Positions 38,855 to 49,060 are shown, counted from the stretch's first letter. The stretch is DNA of 64,000 nucleotides from Acidobacteriota bacterium (GCA_019244185.1 JAFATB010000025.1:192001-256000); one strand, 5' to 3'. Notes: generated from the letters alone by a model not told the origin. A program made the numbers and translations.

Positions 38855-40411
38855 CTACTGCGAGGCGCGGAAGAGGACGATCAGCACGCCGAGGCCGATG
38901 AGGATGAGGATGGCCGGTAGGACGATCGAGCGTCCGCGCGACGGTGCCGGCGCGGCCGGCATCGACGCGGTGTCGGACGTCGCGGACGGGGCGGCGGTAA
39001 CGGACGTGTCAGTCGTGGAAGTAGACGAGGTTGTGAAGCTGGTGTCGGTGCTCGCGGTGTCGCTCGGCGCGGTCGTCGCCGAGGTTGACGATGAAGTTGA
39101 CGCTGTTGACGTCGATGACGACGGCTCGGTGGCGGACGGTGACGTGATCGGCGACGGCGTGGTCGCTGCCGTGCTCGCTGCCGTGCTCGACGGGGCGGGC
39201 GGCGGAGTGTTCGGCCGCGACGACGCGGGCGCGGGCGACGGCGCGTGTGTCGTCGTCAAGGGCGGCGCCGCGGGTGCGTGCGTTGCGGTTGCAGGCGGCG
39301 TGACGGGCGCGGGACGCGAAGGCGTGCTCGTGCTGCGCGTCGTGGACGGACGCGTGGCGTCGGCGATCTGCGTCGGTGTCGTGCGCGGCGCTGTGGTCGT
39401 ATGTGACGGCGTCGTCGTACGCGAGGTGCTCGCGGGCGGCGTGAATGTCGTCGTCGTCGTGCTGCGCGTCGGCGACGAACGCGTTGTGTCGGCGACCCGC
39501 GATGGCGTCTTGCGCGGCGCTGCCGAGCGGGACGACGTCGGCGTGCGCGAAGTGCTCGTCGACGGCGCGGGTGTCGTCGTCGTGCCGCGCGAGCTGCGCG
39601 TCGCCGAGGAACGCGTCGCATCAGCCACATGCGTCGACGGCTTGCGCGTCGTCGACGAGCTCGCGTGCGTCGTCGTCTCCGCGCTGCGCGTCGACGACGG
39701 CTTGTGGCTCGTGCCGCGCGGATGCACGGGCGGCAGCGGGACGTACGGCTCGTCGACCACCGTGGTGTGACGCGTGGCCGTGCGCGGCGGCGCGGGCACG
39801 TGGATGCCGAGGCGCGGGAGGCGCGAGGCGGCGAGCGCGGCGAGGAACTGGCGCGTCTCGCGCGCGGGATAGAAACGGCGGCCGGTCTGGTCGGTCAGCA
39901 CGTCGTCCGCGATCGCGTCGCGGTAGCCGGGATACGCGCTCGCGACCGCGTACGCGCCGGAGCTCTCGTCGAAGAACGGCCCTTCGAACTGCGTGGTCCA
40001 GACGCGGGCGATGTCGTCGTAGACGTGCAGCACGTCCTGCGCGGCGGTGCGGTCGCCGCCGGGGGGATAGGCGTCGACGATCTCTTTCGCGCGCTCGAGG
40101 TGCGCCTCGAACGCGGGACGGTCGTCGCTGGTGATGGCACGCTGCGCGAGCTCGAGCTCGGAGCGCAGCTCGTTGCGCGGCGGCGCGACCGGCGGCATCG
40201 CGGGGATCTCCGGCACCGCCTCGAGCTCGGCGAGATCGACGCGCGGCTGCGGCGCGGTGGTGAGTCCCTCTTCGCATTCCGCCGGCGCGGCGCCGCTCGG
40301 CTTCGGATTGCGCACGACCAATGGATTGAGCGGCGCCGATGCGCCGATCAGCGTCATCGCGCCGAGGATCACCAGCAGAAGCAGTCCGACCCCGCGGCCG
40401 CGATGCATCAC
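38855..40411 (-). CDS. Exported protein with Thr/Ser/Pro-rich stalk and C-terminal membrane anchor
   Basis: N-terminal signal, helical domain, about 270 aa low-complexity T/S/P region, C-terminal hydrophobic helix followed by RASQ. Confidence 0.8.
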   Translation of the reverse strand: MMHRGRGVGLLLLVILGAMTLIGASAPLNPLVVRNPKPSGAAPAECEEGLTTAPQPRVDLAELEAVPEIPAMPPVAPPRNELRSELELAQRAITSDDRPAFEAHLERAKEIVDAYPPGGDRTAAQDVLHVYDDIARVWTTQFEGPFFDESSGAYAVASAYPGYRDAIADDVLTDQTGRRFYPARETRQFLAALAASRLPRLGIHVPAPPRTATRHTTVVDEPYVPLPPVHPRGTSHKPSSTRSAETTTHASSSTTRKPSTHVADATRSSATRSSRGTTTTPAPSTSTSRTPTSSRSAAPRKTPSRVADTTRSSPTRSTTTTTFTPPASTSRTTTPSHTTTAPRTTPTQIADATRPSTTRSTSTPSRPAPVTPPATATHAPAAPPLTTTHAPSPAPASSRPNTPPPAPSSTAASTAATTPSPITSPSATEPSSSTSTASTSSSTSATTAPSDTASTDTSFTTSSTSTTDTSVTAAPSATSDTASMPAAPAPSRGRSIVLPAILILIGLGVLIVLFRASQ

Positions 40412-40449
40412 GTCATCACCTCTTCAAAAATCGCCACGTCGCGGTGCCG

Positions 40450-43400
40450 TCACATCGCCGCCTGAACTTCCTGCGGCAGATGTTTCTTGAACAACCGGAT
40501 CAGGTCGTCGACCGCGAGCGGCTTCGCGACGTAGTCGTCGACCTTGAAGTAGTCGAGCGCCTCGTTGCGATACTTCCGGTCCGTGTACAGCCCCGTCATG
40601 ATGATCGCCTTCGAGCGCGAGGTCGACGGATCCTCTTTCAGCAGACGGCACATCTCGCGGCCGTCGAGCTTCGGCATGAACGCGTCGGAGAGAATGAGAT
40701 CCGGACCGTACTCGCGCGCGAGCGAGAGCCCTTCCTGGCCGTTCGCACCGACGACGAAGCCGTAGCCCATCGTCGTCACGACGGTGCGCACGATGAGCTG
40801 CACGTTCTCGTCGTCCTCGACGAGCAGGATGAGCGGGCGCTTCACCTCGTCCGGCGACGGATTGATGCGCGCGCCGAGGGAACGCTTCGAGCCGATCATC
40901 TTCCGCTCGAAGAGCGACGGCGGCGCGTCCATCCAGAAGCGCTCCTTGTACGACGCGGGCGCCTTGCAGAAGCAGTTGCCGCAGTGCGTGCAGAGCAGCG
41001 TGTTGTCGCGGCCGACGCAACTGCACCATTCCGCGCGCGTGGCGTCGAACGACTGCTGGCAGGTGACGCACGTGACCTCGTAGCCGTCGTGCGCGCGCAC
41101 CACGAGGCGCGGCTGCGACGGCTCGGCCAGCACGTCCGCGAGCGGCACGTCGTCCGCGTGCGACTCGTCGTGGCGCTCGTCGTTCGACACGTCCTGGCGA
41201 TGCAGCTCGTGCAGGTCTTCCTGCACCGGCAGTCCGGCCACGCCTTCGAGATGGCGCTGCAAGAGGTTGATGAGATCCGTGATCGCCACCGGCTTGGCGA
41301 TGTAGTCGTCGACGTGGAAGCGCTTGACCGCCTCGCTGCGGTACTTCGTGTCGGTGTAGAGGCCGGTCATCACGACCATCTTGCATTCGGCGCCGAGCGG
41401 CTCTTCCTTCAGCATGCGGCACATCTCGCGGCCGTCGAGCTTCGGCATGAACGCGTCGGAGAGAATGAGATTCGGGCGATAGAGGCGCGCGATGTTGAGG
41501 CCGTCCTGGCCGTTCGTCGCGTAGATGAAGCCGTATCCGAGGTTCGAGCAGACGCGCTGCACGATCGCCTGGATCTCCTCGTCGTCTTCGACGCACAGCA
41601 CCAGCGGACGCGTCACGTCTTCGGGCTGCGCGTTGTCGGGCAGATGTCCCTGCCGCCGCACCTCGGCGCTCTTGCGCTCGAAGAGTCGCGGCGGCGCCTG
41701 CACCCAGAACTTCTCTTTGTATGAGGGAGGCGCCTTGCAGAAGCACGCCAGGCAGTTCGTGCAGACGAGCGTGCGCTCCTTCGTGAGGCAGCTGCACCAG
41801 TCGGCGTCGATAGCGTTGAAGAGCGCGCGGCAGGAGAAGCACGCGACGTCGTATTCGTCGTTCGACGCGTTCGCCGCGCTGGCAGCGCTGATGGGCTCGA
41901 CTTCTTCCGGCTCGTGCTCGCCGACCGGCGCGGGACGCACGATGCCCATCGGCGCCGCGGGCGCGTGCGGCGCCTGCGGCATGCGCTGCGGCGGCGCTGC
42001 GGGAGCCTTCGTCACGCGCGGCAGCATCTGCGTCGCCACCAGCTCTTCCGGTTTCTCGCGCGCCTGCTGCGCGAGGCGCATCAGCTCGTCGACGTCGTAC
42101 GGGCGGACGATGAACGCCGCGTAGCGGACGCTCTGCGGCAGCAACCCGGACGAGCGGCCGGTGACGAGGATCGGCAGGTTCGGCGCCTTCTCCGCGATCG
42201 TGCGATAGATCGTCTCGAATTCCGGGTGCTCGGCGTCGAGACAGATCGCGTCGGGGCGGAAGCGGAACAGCTCATCGACGGCGTCGACCCAGCGCTCGAC
42301 GACTTCGACTTCCACGCCGCGCAGGCGCAGCTTCGGCACCGCGGTGTCGGCGGTGGCGCGGCGGCGCTCGAGCATGAGCAGGCGCGGCTTGCGCGCGTTG
42401 TGCGCCTTGCGGCGCGCGGACGGCGCCGGCGACGAGAGGTTCGTGCGGCGCGGCGGCTGATTGCCGGAGATCTTGCGGTTGTTGAGGTTGACGCCGGAGC
42501 GCTCCTCACCGCGGAAGAGGTCCGCGATCGCGCCGATCCACGACGTGCGTTGCGCGGTGCGCGAGTCGCTCGCCGGGCGCGGTGCGGCCGGCATCTGCAT
42601 CGCGGACGCGGCGGCGCCGGGCGTCTGCTCGTCGCGATTGCGGCGCGCTTCCTCTTCGACTTCGCGGCGCATCTGTTCGACGCGCGCTTCCGCCTCGCGG
42701 GCGATGGCCTCGCGCTCGGCGGCGACTTCTTCTTCGAGCTTCGCCCGCAACGCGAGGCGTTCGGCTTCGAGTCGTGCTTCGAGCTCGCTGGCGAGCCGCG
42801 CCTCGAGCTCGCGGCCGGCCGCTTCCCGCTCCGCGCGCTGCGCCTCGACGGTCAGGTGTTCCGCGGCGAGACGCTCTTCGAGCTCGCGCTCGCGGGCGAC
42901 GCGTTCGGCGAGCTCGCGTTCGAGGCGTTCGCGTTCGACAAGCGCGACGCGCTGGGCTTCCTCGGCGGCGAGACGCGCTTCGAGCGCGGCCTGCTCGGCG
43001 TCCTGCGCCGCGCGTTCCGCTTCGAGGCGCTCCCGCTCGATCCGTTCGAGCTCCGCGACGCCGGCGTGCTCGCCGGTACGCTGCGCGAACTCGCGCTCGA
43101 AACGTTCGGCCAGCTCGCGTTCGCGCTCCGCGAGCTCGCGTTGGGCGCGCTCGCGTTCTTCCCGCGCCGCGGTCTCGCGTGCGACGCGCTCGCGTTCTTC
43201 CGCTTCACGCGCGACGCGCTCCGCGACTTCGCGCTCCATGCGCGCGGCCAGCTCGCGTTCGCGTTCAGCCAGCTCCCGTTCGGCGCGTTCGCGCTCTTCC
43301 CGCGCCGCGGTTTCGCGTGCGACTCGCTCGCGTTCTTCCGCCTCACGTGCGACTCGCTCCGCGACTTCGCGTTCCATGCGCGCGGCGAGCTCGCGTTCGC

Positions 43401-44196
43401 GTTCAGCCAGCTCCCGCTCGACGCGTTCGCGCTCTTCACGCGCGGCCGCTTCGCGAGCGACGCGCTCACGTTCTTCCGCTTCGCGTGCGACGCGTTCGGC
43501 AACTTCGCGCTCCATGCGCGCCGCCAGCTCGCGTTCGCGTTCGGCGAGTTCCCGCTCGGCGCGTTCGCGCTCTTCGCGCGCGGCCACTTCTCGCGCCGTA
43601 CGCTCGCGTTCTTCCGCCGCGAGCCGCTCGCGCAGCGCGCGTTCCTGCGCGGTCCGCTCGGCGAGCTCGCGTTCGAGGCGCTCGCGTTCGACGCGGGCGG
43701 TCTGTTCGGCCTGCGCCGCGCGTTGCTCGGCTTCGCGGCGCGCGGCGTCGGCCTCGCGGCGCAGACGCTCGAGCTCCGCGGCGGTCGAGGCGTCGCGCGT
43801 ACTTTCCTTTTCCTCCGCGAGCGGCAGCACGCCGAGCGGTCCCTGCCGCGCGTCGAGCTGCGGACGCATCGGAGCGCGCGAGCTCATCGCCGCACGCGGC
43901 GCCGTCAGCAGCGTCACGATGCCGCCCGCCAGCGCGCCGGCGACGGTCAGCATCGCCAGATAGACGGCGGAACGGACATCCGGAAACACGAACACCCAGG
44001 CGGCGATGGAAGCGAGGAGGGCCGTCAGGCCGCCCTGCCACCCTCCCTTCCAGGCGGAAAGGGCGATGGCCGCCACGAACACCACGAGCAGCAGGGGTGC
44101 GGATGCCGGCACGAGCAGGCCGGCACCGGTCGCCACGATCACGAGATCGAGCGCAATGCCATATCGGAGGATACGCCGGCGGGTGGCCTCGGTCAT
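40450..44196 (-). CDS. Membrane-anchored coiled-coil multi-receiver protein with two Cys8 domains
   Basis: Four N-terminal TM segments, E/R-rich coil, degenerate REC, then 2x (CxxC..CxC..CxxCxxCxC + REC with VEDD, SDAFMP, KP). Confidence 0.88.
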   Translation of the reverse strand: MTEATRRRILRYGIALDLVIVATGAGLLVPASAPLLLVVFVAAIALSAWKGGWQGGLTALLASIAAWVFVFPDVRSAVYLAMLTVAGALAGGIVTLLTAPRAAMSSRAPMRPQLDARQGPLGVLPLAEEKESTRDASTAAELERLRREADAARREAEQRAAQAEQTARVERERLERELAERTAQERALRERLAAEERERTAREVAAREERERAERELAERERELAARMEREVAERVAREAEERERVAREAAAREERERVERELAERERELAARMEREVAERVAREAEERERVARETAAREERERAERELAERERELAARMEREVAERVAREAEERERVARETAAREERERAQRELAERERELAERFEREFAQRTGEHAGVAELERIERERLEAERAAQDAEQAALEARLAAEEAQRVALVERERLERELAERVARERELEERLAAEHLTVEAQRAEREAAGRELEARLASELEARLEAERLALRAKLEEEVAAEREAIAREAEARVEQMRREVEEEARRNRDEQTPGAAASAMQMPAAPRPASDSRTAQRTSWIGAIADLFRGEERSGVNLNNRKISGNQPPRRTNLSSPAPSARRKAHNARKPRLLMLERRRATADTAVPKLRLRGVEVEVVERWVDAVDELFRFRPDAICLDAEHPEFETIYRTIAEKAPNLPILVTGRSSGLLPQSVRYAAFIVRPYDVDELMRLAQQAREKPEELVATQMLPRVTKAPAAPPQRMPQAPHAPAAPMGIVRPAPVGEHEPEEVEPISAASAANASNDEYDVACFSCRALFNAIDADWCSCLTKERTLVCTNCLACFCKAPPSYKEKFWVQAPPRLFERKSAEVRRQGHLPDNAQPEDVTRPLVLCVEDDEEIQAIVQRVCSNLGYGFIYATNGQDGLNIARLYRPNLILSDAFMPKLDGREMCRMLKEEPLGAECKMVVMTGLYTDTKYRSEAVKRFHVDDYIAKPVAITDLINLLQRHLEGVAGLPVQEDLHELHRQDVSNDERHDESHADDVPLADVLAEPSQPRLVVRAHDGYEVTCVTCQQSFDATRAEWCSCVGRDNTLLCTHCGNCFCKAPASYKERFWMDAPPSLFERKMIGSKRSLGARINPSPDEVKRPLILLVEDDENVQLIVRTVVTTMGYGFVVGANGQEGLSLAREYGPDLILSDAFMPKLDGREMCRLLKEDPSTSRSKAIIMTGLYTDRKYRNEALDYFKVDDYVAKPLAVDDLIRLFKKHLPQEVQAAM
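43090..43590 (-). repeat. Coding tandem repeat, 138-bp unit (46 aa) x ~3.6
   Basis: Unit ExAAREERERxERELAERERELAARMEREVAERVAREAEERERVAR; Met codons at 43239, 43377 and 43515 are 138 bp apart. Confidence 0.9.
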
Positions 44197-44208
44197 GGGT
44201 CTCCGGGA

Positions 44209-45636
44209 TTACTTGGACGCTTGCTGCGCGACCGTCTGTTCGATCTTCGCGCGATAGCGCGCGACGTCGTCGGTGATCTGGATGAACGGCAAGGCGCAGT
44301 TCAGCTCCTTCTGCGCCGCCTCGTAGCTACCTGTCTCGTACAGCGACACCGCATTGTAGTAGCGAAGGTCTTCCTCCCCTTTCGCGAACGGCGCGAGGCG
44401 CTGGAACGCCTGCACCGCCAGCGGGAACGCGCCGGTCTGATAGAGCCCGACCGCCGCCTCGCCGAGGACGTCGCGCGGAATGCCCGCGGAATTCGCGAGG
44501 CGCGTGTAGAGCGTGTTCGCCGCGTCGACGTTCCCGTTCGTCGCGAACGCCTCGGCCTGACGCAGGCTGGCGAGATATCCGCGCCGCGCCTCCGCGTCCG
44601 CATCGGCGACGCGCTGCGCCGCTTCCTTCGCCGCCGCCTCGCGCTCGGTCGCGATCTTCGCCTCCGTCTGCTGCTGGATCTCGGCGATGCGTGCGTCGGC
44701 CTTGCGCTGCGCCTCCGCTTCCGCCGCGGCGATGGCCTGTTCCTGTTCGTGGCGCGCCGCCGCGAGACGCGCGTCGGCCTGCTGCTGCGCCTCGGCGATC
44801 TTGCGCTGCGCCTCGGCCTGCGCCGCCGACACGCGCTGATTCGCGTCCGTCTCCGCCGCGCTCACGCGCTGCTGCGCCTCGCTCTGCGTGGCGGACAGCT
44901 TCTGCGCCGTCTCGCTCTGGATCGCGCTGACCTGCTGCTGCGTGTTGCTCTGCATCTCCGCGATGCGCTGCTCCGCGTCGCGCTCGACGGCGGCGACGCG
45001 CTCGGCCGCGGCCTTGTTCGCGGCGTCGCGTTCCGCGGCGATGCGCGCGTCCGCCTCGCGCTGGATGCGCGCGCGCTCGCGGGCCACGATCTCATCGATG
45101 ATGGCCTGGCGGTCGGCGCGCTCTTCCGCGAGCGTCTTCTTGACCGTCACCTTCTCGGACGGGGCATTCGCGCTCGCCAGCTGCGGCGCGTTCGCGGGGA
45201 GGTTCGCCGTCGGCACGAGCGAGCGCGCGAGGCGATCGAACTCGCTGCCGGTCGTCGGGTCGAGCGGCAGCGTCGCGTACGTCGGCGTGATGCGCTCGGC
45301 CGCCATGAGCCGCACGACCGTCTCGCGCGCATCAGCGGCGCGCCCGAGGTGCGATTGGGAGAGCGCGAGGAAGACGAGCGAGCGCTCGAACGACTGCAGC
45401 TCGGCGAAGCGGCCGGTGTTGACGTACGCCTGCATCTGATCGGGAGAGAGGAAGCCCTGCGCGGCGGCCTGCAGGTCGACGATTGCCGCGGCGTAGTCAC
45501 CCGCGCGATACGACGTCAGGCCGCGGTCGAGCAGTTGATCGGGAGAGATCGCGGCCGCCGGAGCCGCGGCGGCGAACACGGAGGCCGACACCACGGCAAG
45601 CAACGCCGCAACACGCAATAAGGCAGACGTTCGCAC
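44209..45636 (-). CDS. Exported TPR/coiled-coil protein
   Basis: GGAGGG RBS, Sec signal (...APAAA), TPR-like helices at both ends, long A/E/Q-rich coil in the middle. Confidence 0.8.
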   Translation of the reverse strand: MRTSALLRVAALLAVVSASVFAAAAPAAAISPDQLLDRGLTSYRAGDYAAAIVDLQAAAQGFLSPDQMQAYVNTGRFAELQSFERSLVFLALSQSHLGRAADARETVVRLMAAERITPTYATLPLDPTTGSEFDRLARSLVPTANLPANAPQLASANAPSEKVTVKKTLAEERADRQAIIDEIVARERARIQREADARIAAERDAANKAAAERVAAVERDAEQRIAEMQSNTQQQVSAIQSETAQKLSATQSEAQQRVSAAETDANQRVSAAQAEAQRKIAEAQQQADARLAAARHEQEQAIAAAEAEAQRKADARIAEIQQQTEAKIATEREAAAKEAAQRVADADAEARRGYLASLRQAEAFATNGNVDAANTLYTRLANSAGIPRDVLGEAAVGLYQTGAFPLAVQAFQRLAPFAKGEEDLRYYNAVSLYETGSYEAAQKELNCALPFIQITDDVARYRAKIEQTVAQQASK

Positions 45637-45746
45637 GAGGTACCCTCCCGAAACTCGAATTGGCAACTGCTGGCCGTTTCGAGCGTGCATTCAATTTTGC
45701 TGCCGAGTTCGCGGACGGCACGAGAACCGCAGCGGCGAGCGGTGGC

Positions 45747-47978
45747 GTGCACGACAATCTGATCCACTTCCTGCGCGAGCGGCAGGAGGCATTTCCGTTC
45801 CGCCGCGACATCGACCTCCGGCACTTTCTCGCCGACGCGGTCGACCGCGCCGCCCTCTTCCCCGTCCCCGCGAAAATCTTTCTGGCCGACGAACAGCAGC
45901 CGAAGGGCTACGGCTTCGCGCTCGCGAAGTCGCCCGTACTCGACGACGTCGAGTCGAAGTTGCAGCGCTGGCTCGACGCGCAGCTGGCCACGCGCGGCGA
46001 GCGCAGCGAGCGTGCGGAGAACCTCCTCGGCTCGTACACCGACGCCGTCTTCAAGCTCTCGCGCAACGCCACCGAGTCGTCGATCCTCGCCGACTACGAC
46101 GCCGTGTTCTGGCATCTTCACGCGCAGCAGGTCTCGCGCATCTTCAGCCGCTTCGGCCGCGGCGCGATCGAAGCCGATCTCTCGCGCGAGGACATCGACC
46201 GCCTCAAGTACGCGCTGCACGCGCGCTGGCTGACGGCGATCCGCGAGTCGTCCGGCGCGCACGGCTTCCTCGAGCTCGTGCTCGACAACCCGCTCGTCGC
46301 AACCGAGGAGTTCGTCGGGCCCGACCTGCGCGAGCTGCGCGGATACTTCAACGGCTATCTGCAGCGCGACTACACAGCGTTCCGCGATGCGGTGCAGGAC
46401 ATCCGGCAGCAGGCGGCGGACCTCATGGCGAAGGACAAGGTCCTGCGCCGCTCGATCCGGCTCCTCGGCTATCCCGACGCGCCGGCGCTGCACGTGGTCG
46501 CGCTGCTCGATCCGCGCGTGCGGCAGCTGCTCGGCGATCATCCGAAGTTCCGCACGCACGGCGATCATGCGCTCGTCGAGGCGATCGCGCGTCCGCTCCT
46601 CGAGTTCTGGGTCGTGCAGGCGCTGCGGCGCGGCATCATCTGGATGAAGACGACCGAGGAGGGAGAGAACCTCGCGGACGGCGGAGCGAACGTCGTCTAC
46701 TCGCGCGCGATCCGTCCGATGAACTTCGGACGCCGCGGCGTCGTCGAGCCGATCGTCTATCGCTACGGTCTCGTCTACGACATCACGTCCTTCACCGAAA
46801 CCCTCGGCGAGATCGCGCGCGGCGGCAAAGGTGAGGAACAGAGCTCCTACCGGCAGATGCTGTCATTCCAGCGCGAGCTCGCGGAGATCGCACGGCGGCA
46901 CCTGCTGCAGTTCGAGAAGTTCCTCGGCGACGGCGCGTTCTACACGTCGCGCCGCGCCACGCGCATCCTGCAGGCCGCGATCGACGTCCAGCAGTTCTAC
47001 GCCGAGTCGCGACGCAACGGCTTCGCCTTCAACAAAGGCATGCGCATCGCGCTCAACTACGGCTACTACCGCCTGCTGCCGATGCGGATCTCCGCCGACG
47101 GCACGCAGATCATCGAGTTCTACGGCCCCGGCATCGTCGAGCTCTCGCGTCTCACGACCGGCAAAACGACCAAGGAAGTCGAGGACATGCAGCACCTCCT
47201 CCTCGCGCACGGCTACGACCAGAACGACGTCTACCGCTTCTTCGCGCCGCTCTCGCGCAGCGTCGACCGCGGCGGCGTCGAGGAACAGCAGCGCGAGTTC
47301 TTCGCGTACATCAACGAGAACGGGCACCTCATCAACGAAGGCATCGTCGTCTCGGTGCCGTTTCTCGAACAGCTCTCGACCGAGATCACCGAAGACGCGC
47401 AGAAGGTCTATCGCCTGCGCACGAAGTGGAGCGTGTACCTCGGCTTCGCCTCGAATGGCGGTTATGCCGCGATCCGCCTCCTCGGCGCGGTCTCGCTCAA
47501 AGGCCTCGGCCTCCAGGAGATCGGCGAAGTGGTGTGGCTGCGTCCCGACGAGGCGGAGATCTCCGTCGTCGACGAGGCGAAACCGCTGCTGCAGCTGCTG
47601 CAGCAGGAGCGCAATCACAAGGCCGCGCGCAACGTGGCCGCGACGTCGACCCTCGTCGAGTCGGATGCGGGTCTCGCCGATCTCGTCGTCTGCGAGGCGC
47701 ACGCGGAGACGGCCGAGCCGGTGATCCTCGTCGGCGAATGGGATCCGGTGTCGGAGGAGATCCGCCGCCCAATCCGTCTCGACGGCATCGACGCGGAACG
47801 CTACGGCCTCGCGGTGCCGCTGACGGTGCAGGGCGTCGAGTCGCAGAGCCTCGCCTATCAGAAGCTCTATCGGCGCCTGAGCCGCATCGAGACGCTGCCG
47901 AGCTTCTCGGCCGACGTCGTGCGGCACAACACGAACTTCAGCGGCTTCATCATCGGGGCGACGGTCGAACCGCTGTAA
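45747..47978 (+). CDS. Large protein with a divergent class III nucleotidyl cyclase domain
   Basis: VYDITSFT, EKFLGDG, MRIALNYG, EFYGPGIVELSRL in canonical order and spacing; start position uncertain. Confidence 0.72.
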   Translation: MHDNLIHFLRERQEAFPFRRDIDLRHFLADAVDRAALFPVPAKIFLADEQQPKGYGFALAKSPVLDDVESKLQRWLDAQLATRGERSERAENLLGSYTDAVFKLSRNATESSILADYDAVFWHLHAQQVSRIFSRFGRGAIEADLSREDIDRLKYALHARWLTAIRESSGAHGFLELVLDNPLVATEEFVGPDLRELRGYFNGYLQRDYTAFRDAVQDIRQQAADLMAKDKVLRRSIRLLGYPDAPALHVVALLDPRVRQLLGDHPKFRTHGDHALVEAIARPLLEFWVVQALRRGIIWMKTTEEGENLADGGANVVYSRAIRPMNFGRRGVVEPIVYRYGLVYDITSFTETLGEIARGGKGEEQSSYRQMLSFQRELAEIARRHLLQFEKFLGDGAFYTSRRATRILQAAIDVQQFYAESRRNGFAFNKGMRIALNYGYYRLLPMRISADGTQIIEFYGPGIVELSRLTTGKTTKEVEDMQHLLLAHGYDQNDVYRFFAPLSRSVDRGGVEEQQREFFAYINENGHLINEGIVVSVPFLEQLSTEITEDAQKVYRLRTKWSVYLGFASNGGYAAIRLLGAVSLKGLGLQEIGEVVWLRPDEAEISVVDEAKPLLQLLQQERNHKAARNVAATSTLVESDAGLADLVVCEAHAETAEPVILVGEWDPVSEEIRRPIRLDGIDAERYGLAVPLTVQGVESQSLAYQKLYRRLSRIETLPSFSADVVRHNTNFSGFIIGATVEPL

Positions 47979-47996
47979 ACGCGGCGTCGCGTTTAC
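47975..47996. terminator. Hairpin spanning two convergent stop codons
   Basis: GTAAACGCG-gcgt-CGCGTTTAC; no long U tract. Confidence 0.4.
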
Positions 47997-49060
47997 GTCG
48001 CCGCGTCGCGCATCCAGAGCACGACGCCGGCGATCTTGGCGATGTCGATCTGCCGCTCGAGATACTCCCAGATGCCGAGGACTTCCTCGCGCTGGCGGAT
48101 TGGCGCGACGCGGCGGACGTGCTCGTCGGAGAGCGCGAAGCGCGCGCGGGAGTACCAGCGGCTCGCCTCGACCGGATCGCTGGCGAACTTCTGCACGGCG
48201 GAGGTGACGAGCGCGATCTCCTCGTCGGAGACGCCGTCGAGTCCGGCGAGCGAGTCGGCTTCGGTGCGCCGCGGTTTGGCGCGGCGGTCGGGCTGCAGCT
48301 CGTGCGCGGCGTTGAGCAGCTCGACCGCGCGCGCGAGCCGATCGGCGTGCTCGATGATGCGCAGGCCGCTGATCGAGAACGTCTCGTCGCCGGAGCGCGC
48401 GAGGCTCGTCCAGACGACGCGCGCGCGCATGACGAACGAGCGCGCGGGTTTGAGCAGCGCGAACGAGAGCTTCGCCTCGACGCCGGGGACCAGCGGCTCC
48501 GCGTGGCGGATGCGCAGCCCCGTCTGCGAGATCTGAACGATGGAGAACTTCGCGTCGCCGAAGATGCCGCTGATGCGGCGCAACGGAATGAAACGCGGCG
48601 TCGAGCGCATGTCCGGCGTTTCGGCGAGCGTGTGGCGCGGACGCGCGCGTCGCGGCGCGAGAAGCTCGCGCGCAAACGCGGGCTCCGCGATCGGCAGATG
48701 CGGCTCTTCGGCCGGCGTTTCTTCAGCTGGTAGAGCGTCGCCGTTCGCATCGGAGGCGGCTTCGCTCGCCGCGTCCGGCACCGAGTCGGCGCTCGCATCT
48801 GCCGCACTCTCCTCGAGCAGCGGCTGCGACAGCCCGTCCTCGAGCTCCGCCGTCTCTTCGAACCGCAGCCCCGCCTCCGCCCGATAGACGCGTACGAGCG
48901 CATCGCGGAGGAACGTCTCGAGCTGCGCGAGCGGCACGCGCGCCTCGCCGCGCTGCATGCGGCAGAGCACGCGTCCGCTGTCGAGCAGACCTTCCACGAC
49001 GTCGGTCGGAAGCTCGAGAAGCTGGCTGACTTCAGAGAGGGTGAGCGTTCGGTTGAGCAT
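47993..49060 (-). CDS. Excisionase-like HTH + PilZ-domain protein
   Basis: N-terminal LTLSEVSQLLEL...GRV HTH; RSTPRF (RxxxR) and QISQTG ((D/N)xSxxG variant), ARVVW. Confidence 0.75.
   Translation of the reverse strand: MLNRTLTLSEVSQLLELPTDVVEGLLDSGRVLCRMQRGEARVPLAQLETFLRDALVRVYRAEAGLRFEETAELEDGLSQPLLEESAADASADSVPDAASEAASDANGDALPAEETPAEEPHLPIAEPAFARELLAPRRARPRHTLAETPDMRSTPRFIPLRRISGIFGDAKFSIVQISQTGLRIRHAEPLVPGVEAKLSFALLKPARSFVMRARVVWTSLARSGDETFSISGLRIIEHADRLARAVELLNAAHELQPDRRAKPRRTEADSLAGLDGVSDEEIALVTSAVQKFASDPVEASRWYSRARFALSDEHVRRVAPIRQREEVLGIWEYLERQIDIAKIAGVVLWMRDAAT

Noticed and set aside
43090-43590. 138-bp repeats as a non-coding array or assembly artefact
   Set aside because: They are in frame and differ at synonymous positions between units, consistent with a real coding repeat.
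45747-47978. Pycsar or CBASS anti-phage system
   Set aside because: No adjacent cyclic-nucleotide-binding TM or TIR effector, and the composition matches the host core genome.
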